64,000 nt of DNA from an uncultured cyanobacterium. GTDB taxonomy: Bacteria > Cyanobacteriota > Cyanobacteriia > Cyanobacteriales > Nostocaceae. Below, in pieces: positions 53,006-61,889 of the stretch. Where the stretch lies: NCBI GenBank assembly GCA_963706595.1, contig OY970166.1, forward strand, positions 5,024,001 through 5,088,000. Reading direction: 5' to 3'. The notes under the pieces are model-generated. The model saw only the letters and a list, made by a program, of their open reading frames with translations. It was not told the origin of the DNA and did no database searches. Position 1 is the first letter of the stretch. Each line of letters starts with the position of its first letter. The position numbers and the translations under genes were made by a program.

Positions 53006-54223
53006 ATGCTACCAAAAACTATCCAACTGCTAATCAGTCTTAGTCTCATGGGGCTTGTTTCTTGTAACGGTACACCAACCGAATCAATCGACAGCCAAAC
53101 CACATCACCAGTAAATGCTACATCGGTGAGTTCCGAAACTCCAGCCTGTAAATTTGTGGAAAACGGCGTTGGTTCCCCAGGAAAGGTGAAAGTACGAGCT
53201 GAGGAAGTAGTCACGGGTTTAGAGGTTCCTTGGGGAATTGCTTTTTTACCCAATAACAAAATGCTGGTGACGGAAAGACCAGGACGGGTAAGATTAGTGG
53301 ATAATGGAGAATTAAGGCGATCGCCTGTCGCTAATCTCAATATTACCGCTTCCGGTGAGGGTGGATTGCTGGGAATTGCCGCACACCCAGATTTTGCCAC
53401 TAACAGATTTTTCTACGTATACTACACCACCGATAAAAATGGTTCCCCAGTCAACCGAGTTGAACGTTGGCAATTATCCTCAAATGGACTAAGTGCATCA
53501 TCAGACCGAATTATTATTGATGATATCCCAGCAGCTCTATATCATAATGGCGGGCGTTTGCGCTTCGGACCAGATGGAATGCTGTATATTGGCACTGGTG
53601 ATGCTAGAGAACCGCAAAGTTCCCAAAATGTTGATAGTTTAGCCGGTAAAATTCTGCGCTTAACTCCAGACGGACAAGTTCCCGCAGATAATCCATTTCC
53701 AAATAATCCCGTTTTTATTACCGGTATTCGTAACACCCAAGGTTTTGACTGGTATAATCCATCAACGCTGTTTGTCACAGACCACGGACCGAGTGGAGAA
53801 TTAGGCAGAACTGGAGAAGATAAACTGTCTGTACTCCAAGCTGGTGAAAATATGGGCTGGCCTTCCGTAGAAAACTGTGAAGCTGAACCCGAATTTGTGC
53901 GTCCCTCACTGGTTTGGCGTGAACCAGCACCTCCAGGCGGAGCAGCAATTTATACTGGAGATTCTATTCCAGAGTGGAAAGGTAATTTAATTATTGGTAC
54001 TCTGCGTTCCCGACATCTGCATAGAGTTGTATTCAACTCAGACAACCCCAGTCAAGTGCAAACCCATGAAGTATACTTTCAGGGAAATTCCCCAAATGGT
54101 TTTGGGCGAATTAGGGATGTAATCATGGGTACAGATGGTGAGTTATACATCACTACCAGTAATTGTGATGGACGCGGAAACTGTCCCCAAGGTCAAGATA
54201 AAATTATCCGCATCACTCAATGA
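53006..54223 (+). CDS. PQQ-dependent sugar dehydrogenase (GSDH family), lipoprotein
   Basis: Lipobox LVSC, PWGIAF, GEGGLLG, HNGGRLRFGPDG, GIRNTQG, GRIRDV. Confidence 0.92.
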   Translation: MLPKTIQLLISLSLMGLVSCNGTPTESIDSQTTSPVNATSVSSETPACKFVENGVGSPGKVKVRAEEVVTGLEVPWGIAFLPNNKMLVTERPGRVRLVDNGELRRSPVANLNITASGEGGLLGIAAHPDFATNRFFYVYYTTDKNGSPVNRVERWQLSSNGLSASSDRIIIDDIPAALYHNGGRLRFGPDGMLYIGTGDAREPQSSQNVDSLAGKILRLTPDGQVPADNPFPNNPVFITGIRNTQGFDWYNPSTLFVTDHGPSGELGRTGEDKLSVLQAGENMGWPSVENCEAEPEFVRPSLVWREPAPPGGAAIYTGDSIPEWKGNLIIGTLRSRHLHRVVFNSDNPSQVQTHEVYFQGNSPNGFGRIRDVIMGTDGELYITTSNCDGRGNCPQGQDKIIRITQ

Positions 54224-54352
54224 CAAATGCTGAGTTATCCCAAAATTAACAGTAACTCTCCTAATATTGGCTCTTAGGATTAATACCAGAACTAACCCTT
54301 GTAGAGACTTTCAATGGAATGTCTCTACATTCTTTACCGGAAATGTATATTA

Positions 54353-54542
54353 TAGAATTTACGCACTTTACAAATTAATCCGGGTATAATTTCAATAAAA
54401 TACGTCGTTTCAGACTTTTATCCGCGATTATTTTGATTATAAATAGACCAGCATTGTAGGGGTTTAGCATTGCTAAACCCCTACGAAAGATATGGTTTTT
54501 GACAACACATATTTAATGTTAATTGTCAATGCGTAACTTCTA
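54353..54542. mobile_element. 190-bp MITE, copy 2
   Basis: Same length as and near-identical to 5968-6157. Confidence 0.85.
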
Positions 54543-54678
54543 TACAGCAAGTTCCAATTATATAAGGTACTCTTAGCCCCCTCCTCGCTTGCGGGGAGGG
54601 GGTTGGGGGTGGGGTTCTTGTACTTCATAACACCGGGAAGTGCTATATTGGTTAAAAATCATTAATCAAGTTGAAATT

Positions 54679-54933
54679 TTAGGTCTTTTGATTTTGTGAC
54701 TTAAATCTACCAGCAATAAAATCTCGTTCATGTAGGTGTTTAGTTTTGCGTGTAGTGACTCGCTTTCGCCACATTTTAAAACTAGATTCTTTCATTTCTC
54801 GCCGCATCAGGTTAATTACCTCTTTTTCTGATAAGCCAAATTGAATCTCAATGGCCTCAAAAGGTGTTCTATCTTCCCAGGCCATTTCGATGATGCGATC
54901 TATGGTTGCAGAATCTAGTTCGGGTAACTTCAT
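54679..54933 (-). CDS. TIGR03643 / DUF2805 family protein
   Basis: RIIEMAWEDRTPFEAI..SFKMWRKRV signature. Confidence 0.85.
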   Translation of the reverse strand: MKLPELDSATIDRIIEMAWEDRTPFEAIEIQFGLSEKEVINLMRREMKESSFKMWRKRVTTRKTKHLHERDFIAGRFKSQNQKT

Positions 54934-54995
54934 ATTTTTACAGATCCAGTAAAGTATATTTTACCAGATTTTGGTCTGCAAATAGACTGTATCGG

Positions 54996-55505
54996 TCAAA
55001 GCACCTGTTTTAAAAAGGATACTAAATCGTGAGGTTCTAAGGATTTGAGAGAGTTAAATACTTCTGTTGCAGGTTGAGAAAGGCTATAGTCATGGGGAAT
55101 ATCAATGATTGTAGTTCCCAATCTTTCGGCTAATAGAGACCAAAAAGCCACTTTCGCTTCAGGTTTCATTGCGCCATACTCACCTGTGGGAATTATGGTT
55201 CCGCCTTGTGCCAGTTCTACTGCGGCTTTGGTAGGATGTGGATCAAGCATAATTTCATCTTGATCATTTTTTGTAGCTGGTAGCAAGTCACGCAAAGCAA
55301 AAAGTTGTTCTTCTGGGGAAACTTGTTGAATTTGTGCTACTAACTCTGCTGCTTTTTGTGTTGGTAAGGCATCTATCATATTAGCAGGAAGTTGATTAGC
55401 AATTTGGGTATAAAGTCGCCCCATTACTGCTAGTTTATCGTCTATATCCAACTGTTTAAATTTGGATGCGCTTTGCTGAACAGGGTTAATATTGGTAGAT
55501 GTCAT
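54996..55505 (-). CDS. helical carotenoid protein (OCP N-terminal domain family)
   Basis: FKQLDIDDKLA, EEQLFALRDL, EYGAM..KVAFW..LAE pattern. Confidence 0.75.
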   Translation of the reverse strand: MTSTNINPVQQSASKFKQLDIDDKLAVMGRLYTQIANQLPANMIDALPTQKAAELVAQIQQVSPEEQLFALRDLLPATKNDQDEIMLDPHPTKAAVELAQGGTIIPTGEYGAMKPEAKVAFWSLLAERLGTTIIDIPHDYSLSQPATEVFNSLKSLEPHDLVSFLKQVL

Positions 55506-55844
55506 AAAAGCCTCCAGTTTGATGATATTTTTTAGCTAAAAATCTTTGGAAGTAGATTTTTAGCCTTTTTTAAGGTTAGAAATTTTGGTTCTATTTCAGG
55601 CACTATAGAAAGATAGAGAATTATTGCAAAGTTTAATATTTTGAAGCCATCCACGGGATGGATGAAATACCAGTATTTTAGGTTTGGTAGATTGATTTTT
55701 TGGGCGGGTATTTGGGTGATGGGGAAGAGAATCGAACCACAGAGGCGCAGAGGACGCTGAGGAAGAGGTAAGAGGGTGTACAGGCTAAATTTTGCCATCT
55801 GCCGTTAGAATAGGTTACAGGTGTAAAATTTATCTATATTTCTA

Positions 55845-57428
55845 GTGATGTTTAGTATTGACTCTGTGGTTAATGTACTTAAGGGTTTGGCTAAACCTGC
55901 GACTGCTTTGGTTATCAATCAAGCTCAACGTAATGAATCTGTAGTCAAGGTTTTAAAGGAGTTCAAGCTTGACCCGACGCAACCACCGAAGGATGTTGAT
56001 GGTGTGTATGTCTACTCTTTAATTGAGTATGGGGTGGGTAAAGATGAAGCAATTCTGAAAATTTTTAGGGAAAAAGAGATTAAAAATGCCTTTTGGAGTG
56101 CTTATACTGCTAATAATCCGTTGGGTTTCTGCAAGCACGTAGAATATTTTCTTGAGTGGAATGTGTTGGGGGATGAAATCCGAGAATTAAAAATTGATAT
56201 TCGCTCGGAGTTAGAGGAGTTTGGGGAAAGTTTTATTCAGGTTGCTAAAAGAAGTACATCGAAAGAGTTTGAGCCTTTCCCTGAATGGAATATGGATGAG
56301 TATCCAGGGGAATTTAAATCGTTAATTAAAGAGAAAATTCGGGCTTTTTGCGGTCGCAAGTTTGTGTTTGATCAGTTTAAGCAATTCCGCGAAAAAAATC
56401 GGCATGGTTATTTTACCATTGTGGGTGATGCGGGGATGGGGAAAAGTGCCATTGCGGCTAAATATGTCTGGGATCATAAATCACCTTGCTATTTTAATGT
56501 TCTCTCCGATGGTCGTAATCGACCGGAGTTATTTCTGGAAAGTATTCGTAAGCAATTAATTAAGCGTTATCAGTTGCAGAATGCTGATAAGTTTAATTTA
56601 GCGGAATTGCTAGAAAGCGTGAGCAAAAAGATTCCAGATGGTGAACGTTTGGTAATTGTAGTTGATGCTCTCGATGAAGTACAGCAAGAATCGGGAGGTA
56701 ATCTTTTAGATTTACCAAATGTACTACCAAAAGGCGTTTATTTTTTGTTAACGAGACGACCTTATATTAGAGAGACAAAGCGCTTGTCTGTTTCTCCAGA
56801 TGTGCCAGTTGAGGAGCTAGATTTAAGGATGAGTCAGTATCAAGCTTTGAGTCGTGATGATATCAAAGAGTATATTAGCTTATGTTTGAAGCATGATCCA
56901 GAGTATAAGGTTGCACTGAGACAATGGATTGAAACACGCAATATTTTGGAAAATGATTTTGTTGAGCAGGTGGCAAACAAAAGTGATAATAATTTTATGT
57001 ATCTGCGTTATGTTTTGCCGGAAATTGCTCGCGGTTTATATAATGACTTGAGTTTGAAAGAATTACCTGATGGTCTGAAAGATTATTATCAAGTTCATTG
57101 GGTGCGGATGGGGATGGATGAAAAACCCCAGGAAGTAAAGGTATTTATTTTGTTTATTTTGGTGGAGATTGGTACACCGATACCTTGTGAAATGATTGCT
57201 GAGATTGCTAACCATGATGAATGCGAAGTGCAAAATGTTTTAGATGACTGGGTTGAGTATTTGAAAAAGCCAAGTGTAGATGATGAAATCTGCTATGGCA
57301 TTTATCATGCCAGTTTCTTGGACTTTTTGCAGGGGAGAAAAGAACTGAAATCGAATAGAAAGCTATTACAAGATGTGAATCAACGCATTGTTGAATACTG
57401 GGAACGGGAGATGGGTGAAGATGAATAA
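55845..57428 (+). CDS. STAND/NACHT-like NTPase with N-terminal helical domain and no sensor repeats
   Basis: FCGR, Walker A GDAGMGKS, Walker B VIVVDALDE, LLTRR, NNFMY, LPDGL, YHASFLDFL. Confidence 0.85.
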   Translation: MMFSIDSVVNVLKGLAKPATALVINQAQRNESVVKVLKEFKLDPTQPPKDVDGVYVYSLIEYGVGKDEAILKIFREKEIKNAFWSAYTANNPLGFCKHVEYFLEWNVLGDEIRELKIDIRSELEEFGESFIQVAKRSTSKEFEPFPEWNMDEYPGEFKSLIKEKIRAFCGRKFVFDQFKQFREKNRHGYFTIVGDAGMGKSAIAAKYVWDHKSPCYFNVLSDGRNRPELFLESIRKQLIKRYQLQNADKFNLAELLESVSKKIPDGERLVIVVDALDEVQQESGGNLLDLPNVLPKGVYFLLTRRPYIRETKRLSVSPDVPVEELDLRMSQYQALSRDDIKEYISLCLKHDPEYKVALRQWIETRNILENDFVEQVANKSDNNFMYLRYVLPEIARGLYNDLSLKELPDGLKDYYQVHWVRMGMDEKPQEVKVFILFILVEIGTPIPCEMIAEIANHDECEVQNVLDDWVEYLKKPSVDDEICYGIYHASFLDFLQGRKELKSNRKLLQDVNQRIVEYWEREMGEDE

Positions 57429-59517
57429 GATTGCTAAAAAAACCAGAGCAACAACATCCTACTCCCAAAAAGCTCGACTGGGCAGGTATCCTTATAATCT
57501 CATAGAGTCGGGAAACTTAGCAAAGTATTATCAACTGCTGACTAATTTTAACTTTATCCAAGACAAAATTAATTATCCTGACTTTGGGATACAGGCATTA
57601 ATTGAAGATTATGATTTGATTGATAAATTGGCAGAGTCAGAACATCCAGAATATAACTCGGAAAAAGTCAAAACCCTGAAGTTAATTCAAGGAACCTTGC
57701 GACTATCAGCCCATATTGTAGCAGTGGATAAAACACAGTTAGTTAGTCAGTTGCATGGACGGTTATTAGATAAGAAAATACCGGAAATTAAAGCCCTATT
57801 AACACAAGCCCAGCAGCAAACCACTACACCTTGGTTGTGTCCCCTAAATGTTAGTTTAACCCCAGCCGGGGGTAACTTACTCCGCACCCTCTCTGGTCAT
57901 AGTGACACGGTAAATGCAGTAGCTGTCACCCCGGATGGTCAACAGGTGATTTCCGCTTCCTATGACCAGACGCTGAAGGTGTGGAATCTCCAGACGGGAA
58001 CGGAAATATTCACCCTCTCTGGTCATAGTGACACGGTATACGCAGTAGCTGTCACCCCGGATGGTCAACAGGTGATTTCCGCTTCCTCAGACAAGACGCT
58101 GAAGGTGTGGAATCTCCAGACGGGAACGGAAATATTCACCCTCTCTGGTCATAGTGACACGGTAAATGCAGTAGCTGTCACCCCGGATGGTCAACAGGTG
58201 ATTTCCGCTTCCTATGACCAGACGCTGAAGGTGTGGAATCTCCAGACGGGAACGGAAATATTCACCCTCTCTGGTCATAGTGACACGGTATACGCAGTAG
58301 CTGTCACCCCGGATGGTCAACAGGTGATTTCCGCTTCCTCAGACAAGACGCTGAAGGTGTGGAATCTCCAGACGGGAACGGAAATATTCACCCTCTCTGG
58401 TCATCGTGGCTGGGTAAATGCAGTAGCTGTCACCCCGGATGGTCAACAGGTGATTTCCGCTTCCTATGACCAGACGCTGAAGGTGTGGAATCTCCAGACG
58501 GGAACGGAAATATTCACCCTCTCTGGTCATAGTGACACGGTAAATGCAGTAGCTGTCACCCCGGATGGTCAACAGGTGATTTCCGCTTCCTCAGACAAGA
58601 CGCTGAAGGTGTGGAATCTCCAGACGGGAACGGAAATATTCACCCTCTCTGGTCATAGTAACTCGGTAAATGCAGTAGCTGTCACCCCGGATGGTCAACA
58701 GGTGATTTCCGCTTCCTCAGACAAGACGCTGAAGGTGTGGAATCTCCAGACGGGAACGGAAATATTCACCCTCTCTGGTCATAGTGACACGGTAAATGCA
58801 GTAGCTGTCACCCCGGATGGTCAACAGGTGATTTCCGCTTCGGATGACCAGACGCTGAAGGTGTGGAATCTCCAGACGGGAAAGGAAATATTCACCCTCT
58901 CTGGTCATCGTGGCTGGGTAAATGCAGTAGCTGTCACCCCGGATGGTCAACAGGTGATTTCTGCTTCCCATGACAAGACGCTGAAGGTGTGGAATTTCCA
59001 GACGGGAAAGGAAATATTCACCCTCTCTGGTCATAGTAACTCGGTAAATGCAGTAGCTGTCACCCCGGATGGTCAACAGGTGATTTCTGCTTCCCATGAC
59101 AAGACGCTGAAGGTGTGGAATTTCCAGACGGGAAAGGAAATATTCACCCTCTCTGGTCATAGTGACTGGGTATACGCAGTAGCTGTCACCCCGGATGGTC
59201 AACGGGTGATTTCTGCTTCCTATGACCAGACGCTGAAGGTGTGGAATCTCCAGACGGGAAAGGAAATATTCACCCTCTCTGGTCATCGTGGCTGGGTAAA
59301 AGCAGTAGCTGTCACCCCGGATGGTCAACAGGTGATTTCTGCTTCCCATGACCAGACGCTGAAGGTGTGGAATCTCCAGACGGGGGAGATGATTACTACT
59401 TTTACTGGAGAATCTCGCATGTACTCCTGTGCCGTTGCACCAGACGGCGTGACAATTGTAGCGGGGGATAGTTCAGGTATGGTGCATTTTTTAAGGTTAC
59501 AGGGTGGTACAGGGTGA
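57421..59517 (+). CDS. APAF-1-like helical domain + WD40 repeat protein
   Basis: LLTNFNFIQDKI..ALIEDY..LRLSAH..QLHGRL helical domain followed by 12+1 WD40 repeats; ATG at 57421 overlaps the upstream stop. Confidence 0.9.
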   Translation: MNKIAKKTRATTSYSQKARLGRYPYNLIESGNLAKYYQLLTNFNFIQDKINYPDFGIQALIEDYDLIDKLAESEHPEYNSEKVKTLKLIQGTLRLSAHIVAVDKTQLVSQLHGRLLDKKIPEIKALLTQAQQQTTTPWLCPLNVSLTPAGGNLLRTLSGHSDTVNAVAVTPDGQQVISASYDQTLKVWNLQTGTEIFTLSGHSDTVYAVAVTPDGQQVISASSDKTLKVWNLQTGTEIFTLSGHSDTVNAVAVTPDGQQVISASYDQTLKVWNLQTGTEIFTLSGHSDTVYAVAVTPDGQQVISASSDKTLKVWNLQTGTEIFTLSGHRGWVNAVAVTPDGQQVISASYDQTLKVWNLQTGTEIFTLSGHSDTVNAVAVTPDGQQVISASSDKTLKVWNLQTGTEIFTLSGHSNSVNAVAVTPDGQQVISASSDKTLKVWNLQTGTEIFTLSGHSDTVNAVAVTPDGQQVISASDDQTLKVWNLQTGKEIFTLSGHRGWVNAVAVTPDGQQVISASHDKTLKVWNFQTGKEIFTLSGHSNSVNAVAVTPDGQQVISASHDKTLKVWNFQTGKEIFTLSGHSDWVYAVAVTPDGQRVISASYDQTLKVWNLQTGKEIFTLSGHRGWVKAVAVTPDGQQVISASHDQTLKVWNLQTGEMITTFTGESRMYSCAVAPDGVTIVAGDSSGMVHFLRLQGGTG
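57886..59397 (+). repeat. 12 x 126-bp near-identical WD40-coding tandem repeats
   Basis: Exact 126-bp period read directly. Confidence 0.97.
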
Positions 59518-59587
59518 AGTCAAAAGTCAAAAAGTCTATAAAATCAACTTTTTATTGATTTTAAATGGTTGTGTTATCTCTAAAATT

Positions 59588-60883
59588 ATGAACTCACCAG
59601 CGAAACCACCTACTTCTAATCATCCCAGAGGAAAGCCAAAAGAGTTTGAGCAAATCATTCACGAAAAAAGCCACAATTTTGTCGGTCGTGATTTTGTGTT
59701 TACGGCTATTGATGAATTTATTCACCGTTACAACCGGGGTTATTTCACCATTATTGGCGCACCGGGTAGCGGTAAAAGTGCCATCCTCGCTAAGTATGCA
59801 CTAGATCATCCTCACGTTGTCTATTACAATGCTGAAGTTGAGGGGAAAAATTCTGTTGATGAATTTCTCAGGGTTGTTTGTCAGCAATTAAGCCACTGGT
59901 TGGATAATTTAAGAACCCCACCCCAGCCCTCCCCGCAAGCGAGGAGGGAGCAAGAAAATGAGTTTTTGAGCTTGTCTGGTGTTCTCCAGGAAATTAGTGA
60001 TCAGTTGGACGCTAATCAAAAACTGATTATTGCTATTGATGGGTTGAATTGTGTTGACCGTAATAGTCAACCCCCTGGGACAAATCTGTTTTATCTCCCC
60101 CGCTATCTCCCGGATGGGGTCTATTTTCTGCTGTCTCGTCGTCCTTTTTTACGGGAAAGGTCGGGTTTATTAATTGAAGCGCCTTCACAATGTCTGGATT
60201 TGGCAGATTATCCAGAGGAGAATGGGCGGGATGTTCAAGCTTATATTCAAGGGAACCTAACCCCCCTAACCCCCCTTCCCTACGAGGGAAGGGGGGGACA
60301 AGATGATGTGTATGATCCGTGTGGTGTCTTTCCTGACGAGGGAAGGGGGGGACAAGATGATGAGTATGATCCGCGTCGTGTCTTTCCTGACGAGGGAATG
60401 GGGAGACAAGAAAATTACTCCCCTCTCCTTGCAGGGGAGGGGTCAAATCTGAAATCTTGGCTGAGTAATCACCATATCACTGAGGGGGAATTTTGCGATC
60501 GCCTCACCATTTCCAGCGAAAATAATTTTATGTATCTAACTCAAATTATCGGTGCAATGACTGATAATCTTTACTCAGAACCCTTTGAATACAATCAACT
60601 CCCCCCAGCTTTAGCAGCATATTATCAGCAACATTTACGAAATATGCTCCCACCTGCACAACAGCAGGAATTAAGCCACGCCATTCTGAATATATTAGCC
60701 ACACAACAGCAACCAATATCCGCAGAGGCGATCGCTGATATCCTCGATATCGATGAATTTGCAGTTGAGGAAATACTAGAAAATTGGCTGGAGTTCTTAC
60801 AACGGCGAAAAACCGGAGATGAATACCAATACCAACTTTACCATTCCAGCTTTCGTGACTGGATTATTCAAATATGGAGCTAA
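59588..60883 (+). CDS. second STAND-like NTPase paralog (no N-terminal domain, degenerate Walker B)
   Basis: FVGR, GAPGSGKS, IIAIDGLNC, NNFMY, YHSSFRDW; start placed at MNSPAK because the upstream extension is repeat-derived. Confidence 0.8.
   Translation: MNSPAKPPTSNHPRGKPKEFEQIIHEKSHNFVGRDFVFTAIDEFIHRYNRGYFTIIGAPGSGKSAILAKYALDHPHVVYYNAEVEGKNSVDEFLRVVCQQLSHWLDNLRTPPQPSPQARREQENEFLSLSGVLQEISDQLDANQKLIIAIDGLNCVDRNSQPPGTNLFYLPRYLPDGVYFLLSRRPFLRERSGLLIEAPSQCLDLADYPEENGRDVQAYIQGNLTPLTPLPYEGRGGQDDVYDPCGVFPDEGRGGQDDEYDPRRVFPDEGMGRQENYSPLLAGEGSNLKSWLSNHHITEGEFCDRLTISSENNFMYLTQIIGAMTDNLYSEPFEYNQLPPALAAYYQQHLRNMLPPAQQQELSHAILNILATQQQPISAEAIADILDIDEFAVEEILENWLEFLQRRKTGDEYQYQLYHSSFRDWIIQIWS
60253..60442 (+). 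repeat. in-frame repeat insertion with a 54-bp period
   Basis: ACGAGGGAA units at 60282, 60336 and 60390, after an AACCTAACCCCCC motif. Confidence 0.8.
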
Positions 60884-60947
60884 GCGGATTCGAACCGCTG
60901 ACCTTCTCAATGCCATTGAGACGCGCTACCAACTGTGCTATAGCCCC
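60875..60947 (-). tRNA. trnA: tRNA-Ala(GGC)
   Basis: Full cloverleaf GGGGCTA..TCTCA-ATGGCAT-TGAGA..TTCGAAT..TAGCTCCA with G3:U70 identity pair; CCA not encoded. Confidence 0.95.
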
Positions 60948-61129
60948 ATGTGATGCCCTATAAAGCTCTCTCTATATAGCTTTCAGACTAATAGAGGACT
61001 TTCTCTAAAGTTATCCTGTAATTGATTATATGGCAGTTTATGTCAATTTGAAACAAGACTATTGTTAAGTTATGTAAAGAATGTTATTACTCATGGTTTT
61101 ATTTATAGCCTTATTCTATTGGGGTAAAC

Positions 61130-61158
61130 TTGACATCCTAAAATCTCAAGCTTAAGAT
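61130..61158 (+). promoter_or_regulatory. near-consensus sigma70 promoter
   Basis: TTGACA-N17-TAAGAT. Confidence 0.7.
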
Positions 61159-61460
61159 TGATGCAGGTTATAGTCCATCAAGTCAAGTTGAAAACGAAAG
61201 GTTAGTAAACTCTGGCTTACCCTACACCTGTGATGAAAACAAGTTTAGTAATCACAAGTGAATTGAATACCCAACCTACCTGGAGAGAAGTATACAGGTC
61301 AACTCTCCTATGGCTTTGTGCTGACTTTTGGGTGTTTTAGGGACTTATAATTTTCTTAATTATATTCAAATAAATCTTCTCACAATTGGTTAAGTGTATT
61401 TACTGATTGCATGGGGGTATCTGCCTGCTAGAGTTGCAAATAAACCAGGGTTAAAAACTT

Positions 61461-61793
61461 ATGCAAGTAGAAAAATCATATCCTCCTGTATGCAACGACT
61501 ATAAAGATATTGATCTTGAGGTAAAAACAGAATCAGCGACTTCAACTATCCAGTGTGCTTGGCTTCGTATTTATGGTGAAGAGTATGGTGAATACTACTA
61601 CTCCTGTGATGCCCATGCTGTAATTTACTACAGTGAGATAAATCGTATAAGACTTAATAATAAAGAAGTTAGCCCTGAAAATTATACAAGTTTTATTGAT
61701 GAAGACAAAGTAGCTTGGAAAATAATTACCCGTCAGGAATATAATAATATTCCATATCCACCTGGTTTGCAGTTTGCTTTAAAAAAACAATAA
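61461..61793 (+). CDS. hypothetical protein
   Basis: 110-aa ORF with no recognisable motif. Confidence 0.55.
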   Translation: MQVEKSYPPVCNDYKDIDLEVKTESATSTIQCAWLRIYGEEYGEYYYSCDAHAVIYYSEINRIRLNNKEVSPENYTSFIDEDKVAWKIITRQEYNNIPYPPGLQFALKKQ

Positions 61794-61812
61794 TACTTAT
61801 ACCAATTTAATG

Positions 61813-61877
61813 TGAAGTTGCATATAACTTAGAGGCTGAAACCCTTGTTAATTAAACAATCTTTATATGCAGCTTCA
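61813..61877. repeat. inverted repeat between convergent genes (terminator or MITE remnant)
   Basis: TGAAGTTGCATATAA ... TTATATGCAGCTTCA. Confidence 0.55.
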
Positions 61878-61889
61878 TGAAAAATTACT

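Noticed and set aside
52873..53400. 175-aa minus-strand ORF with IHRVL repeats
   Set aside because: Antisense to the PQQ dehydrogenase and read through the REP array
55532..55798. 88-aa ORF upstream of the HCP gene
   Set aside because: Partly made of a small dispersed repeat (CAGAGGCGCAGAGG) and has no recognisable motif
57877..59349. Antisense ORFs of 63-210 aa
   Set aside because: Shadows of the 126-bp repeat on the opposite strand
57886..59397. Diversity-generating retroelement acting on the WD40 repeats
   Set aside because: No reverse transcriptase or separate template repeat in the window, and the differences are not restricted to adenines (e.g. ACG/TGG, TAT/TCA)
59504..59587. N-terminal extension of the second NTPase
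   Set aside because: Derived from an eroded AAGTCAA-type repeat like that at 34785; ATG 59588 is the more plausible start
61226..61245. Hammerhead ribozyme core
   Set aside because: CTGTGATGA does not match CUGANGA and the required three-stem arrangement with GAAA is not evident
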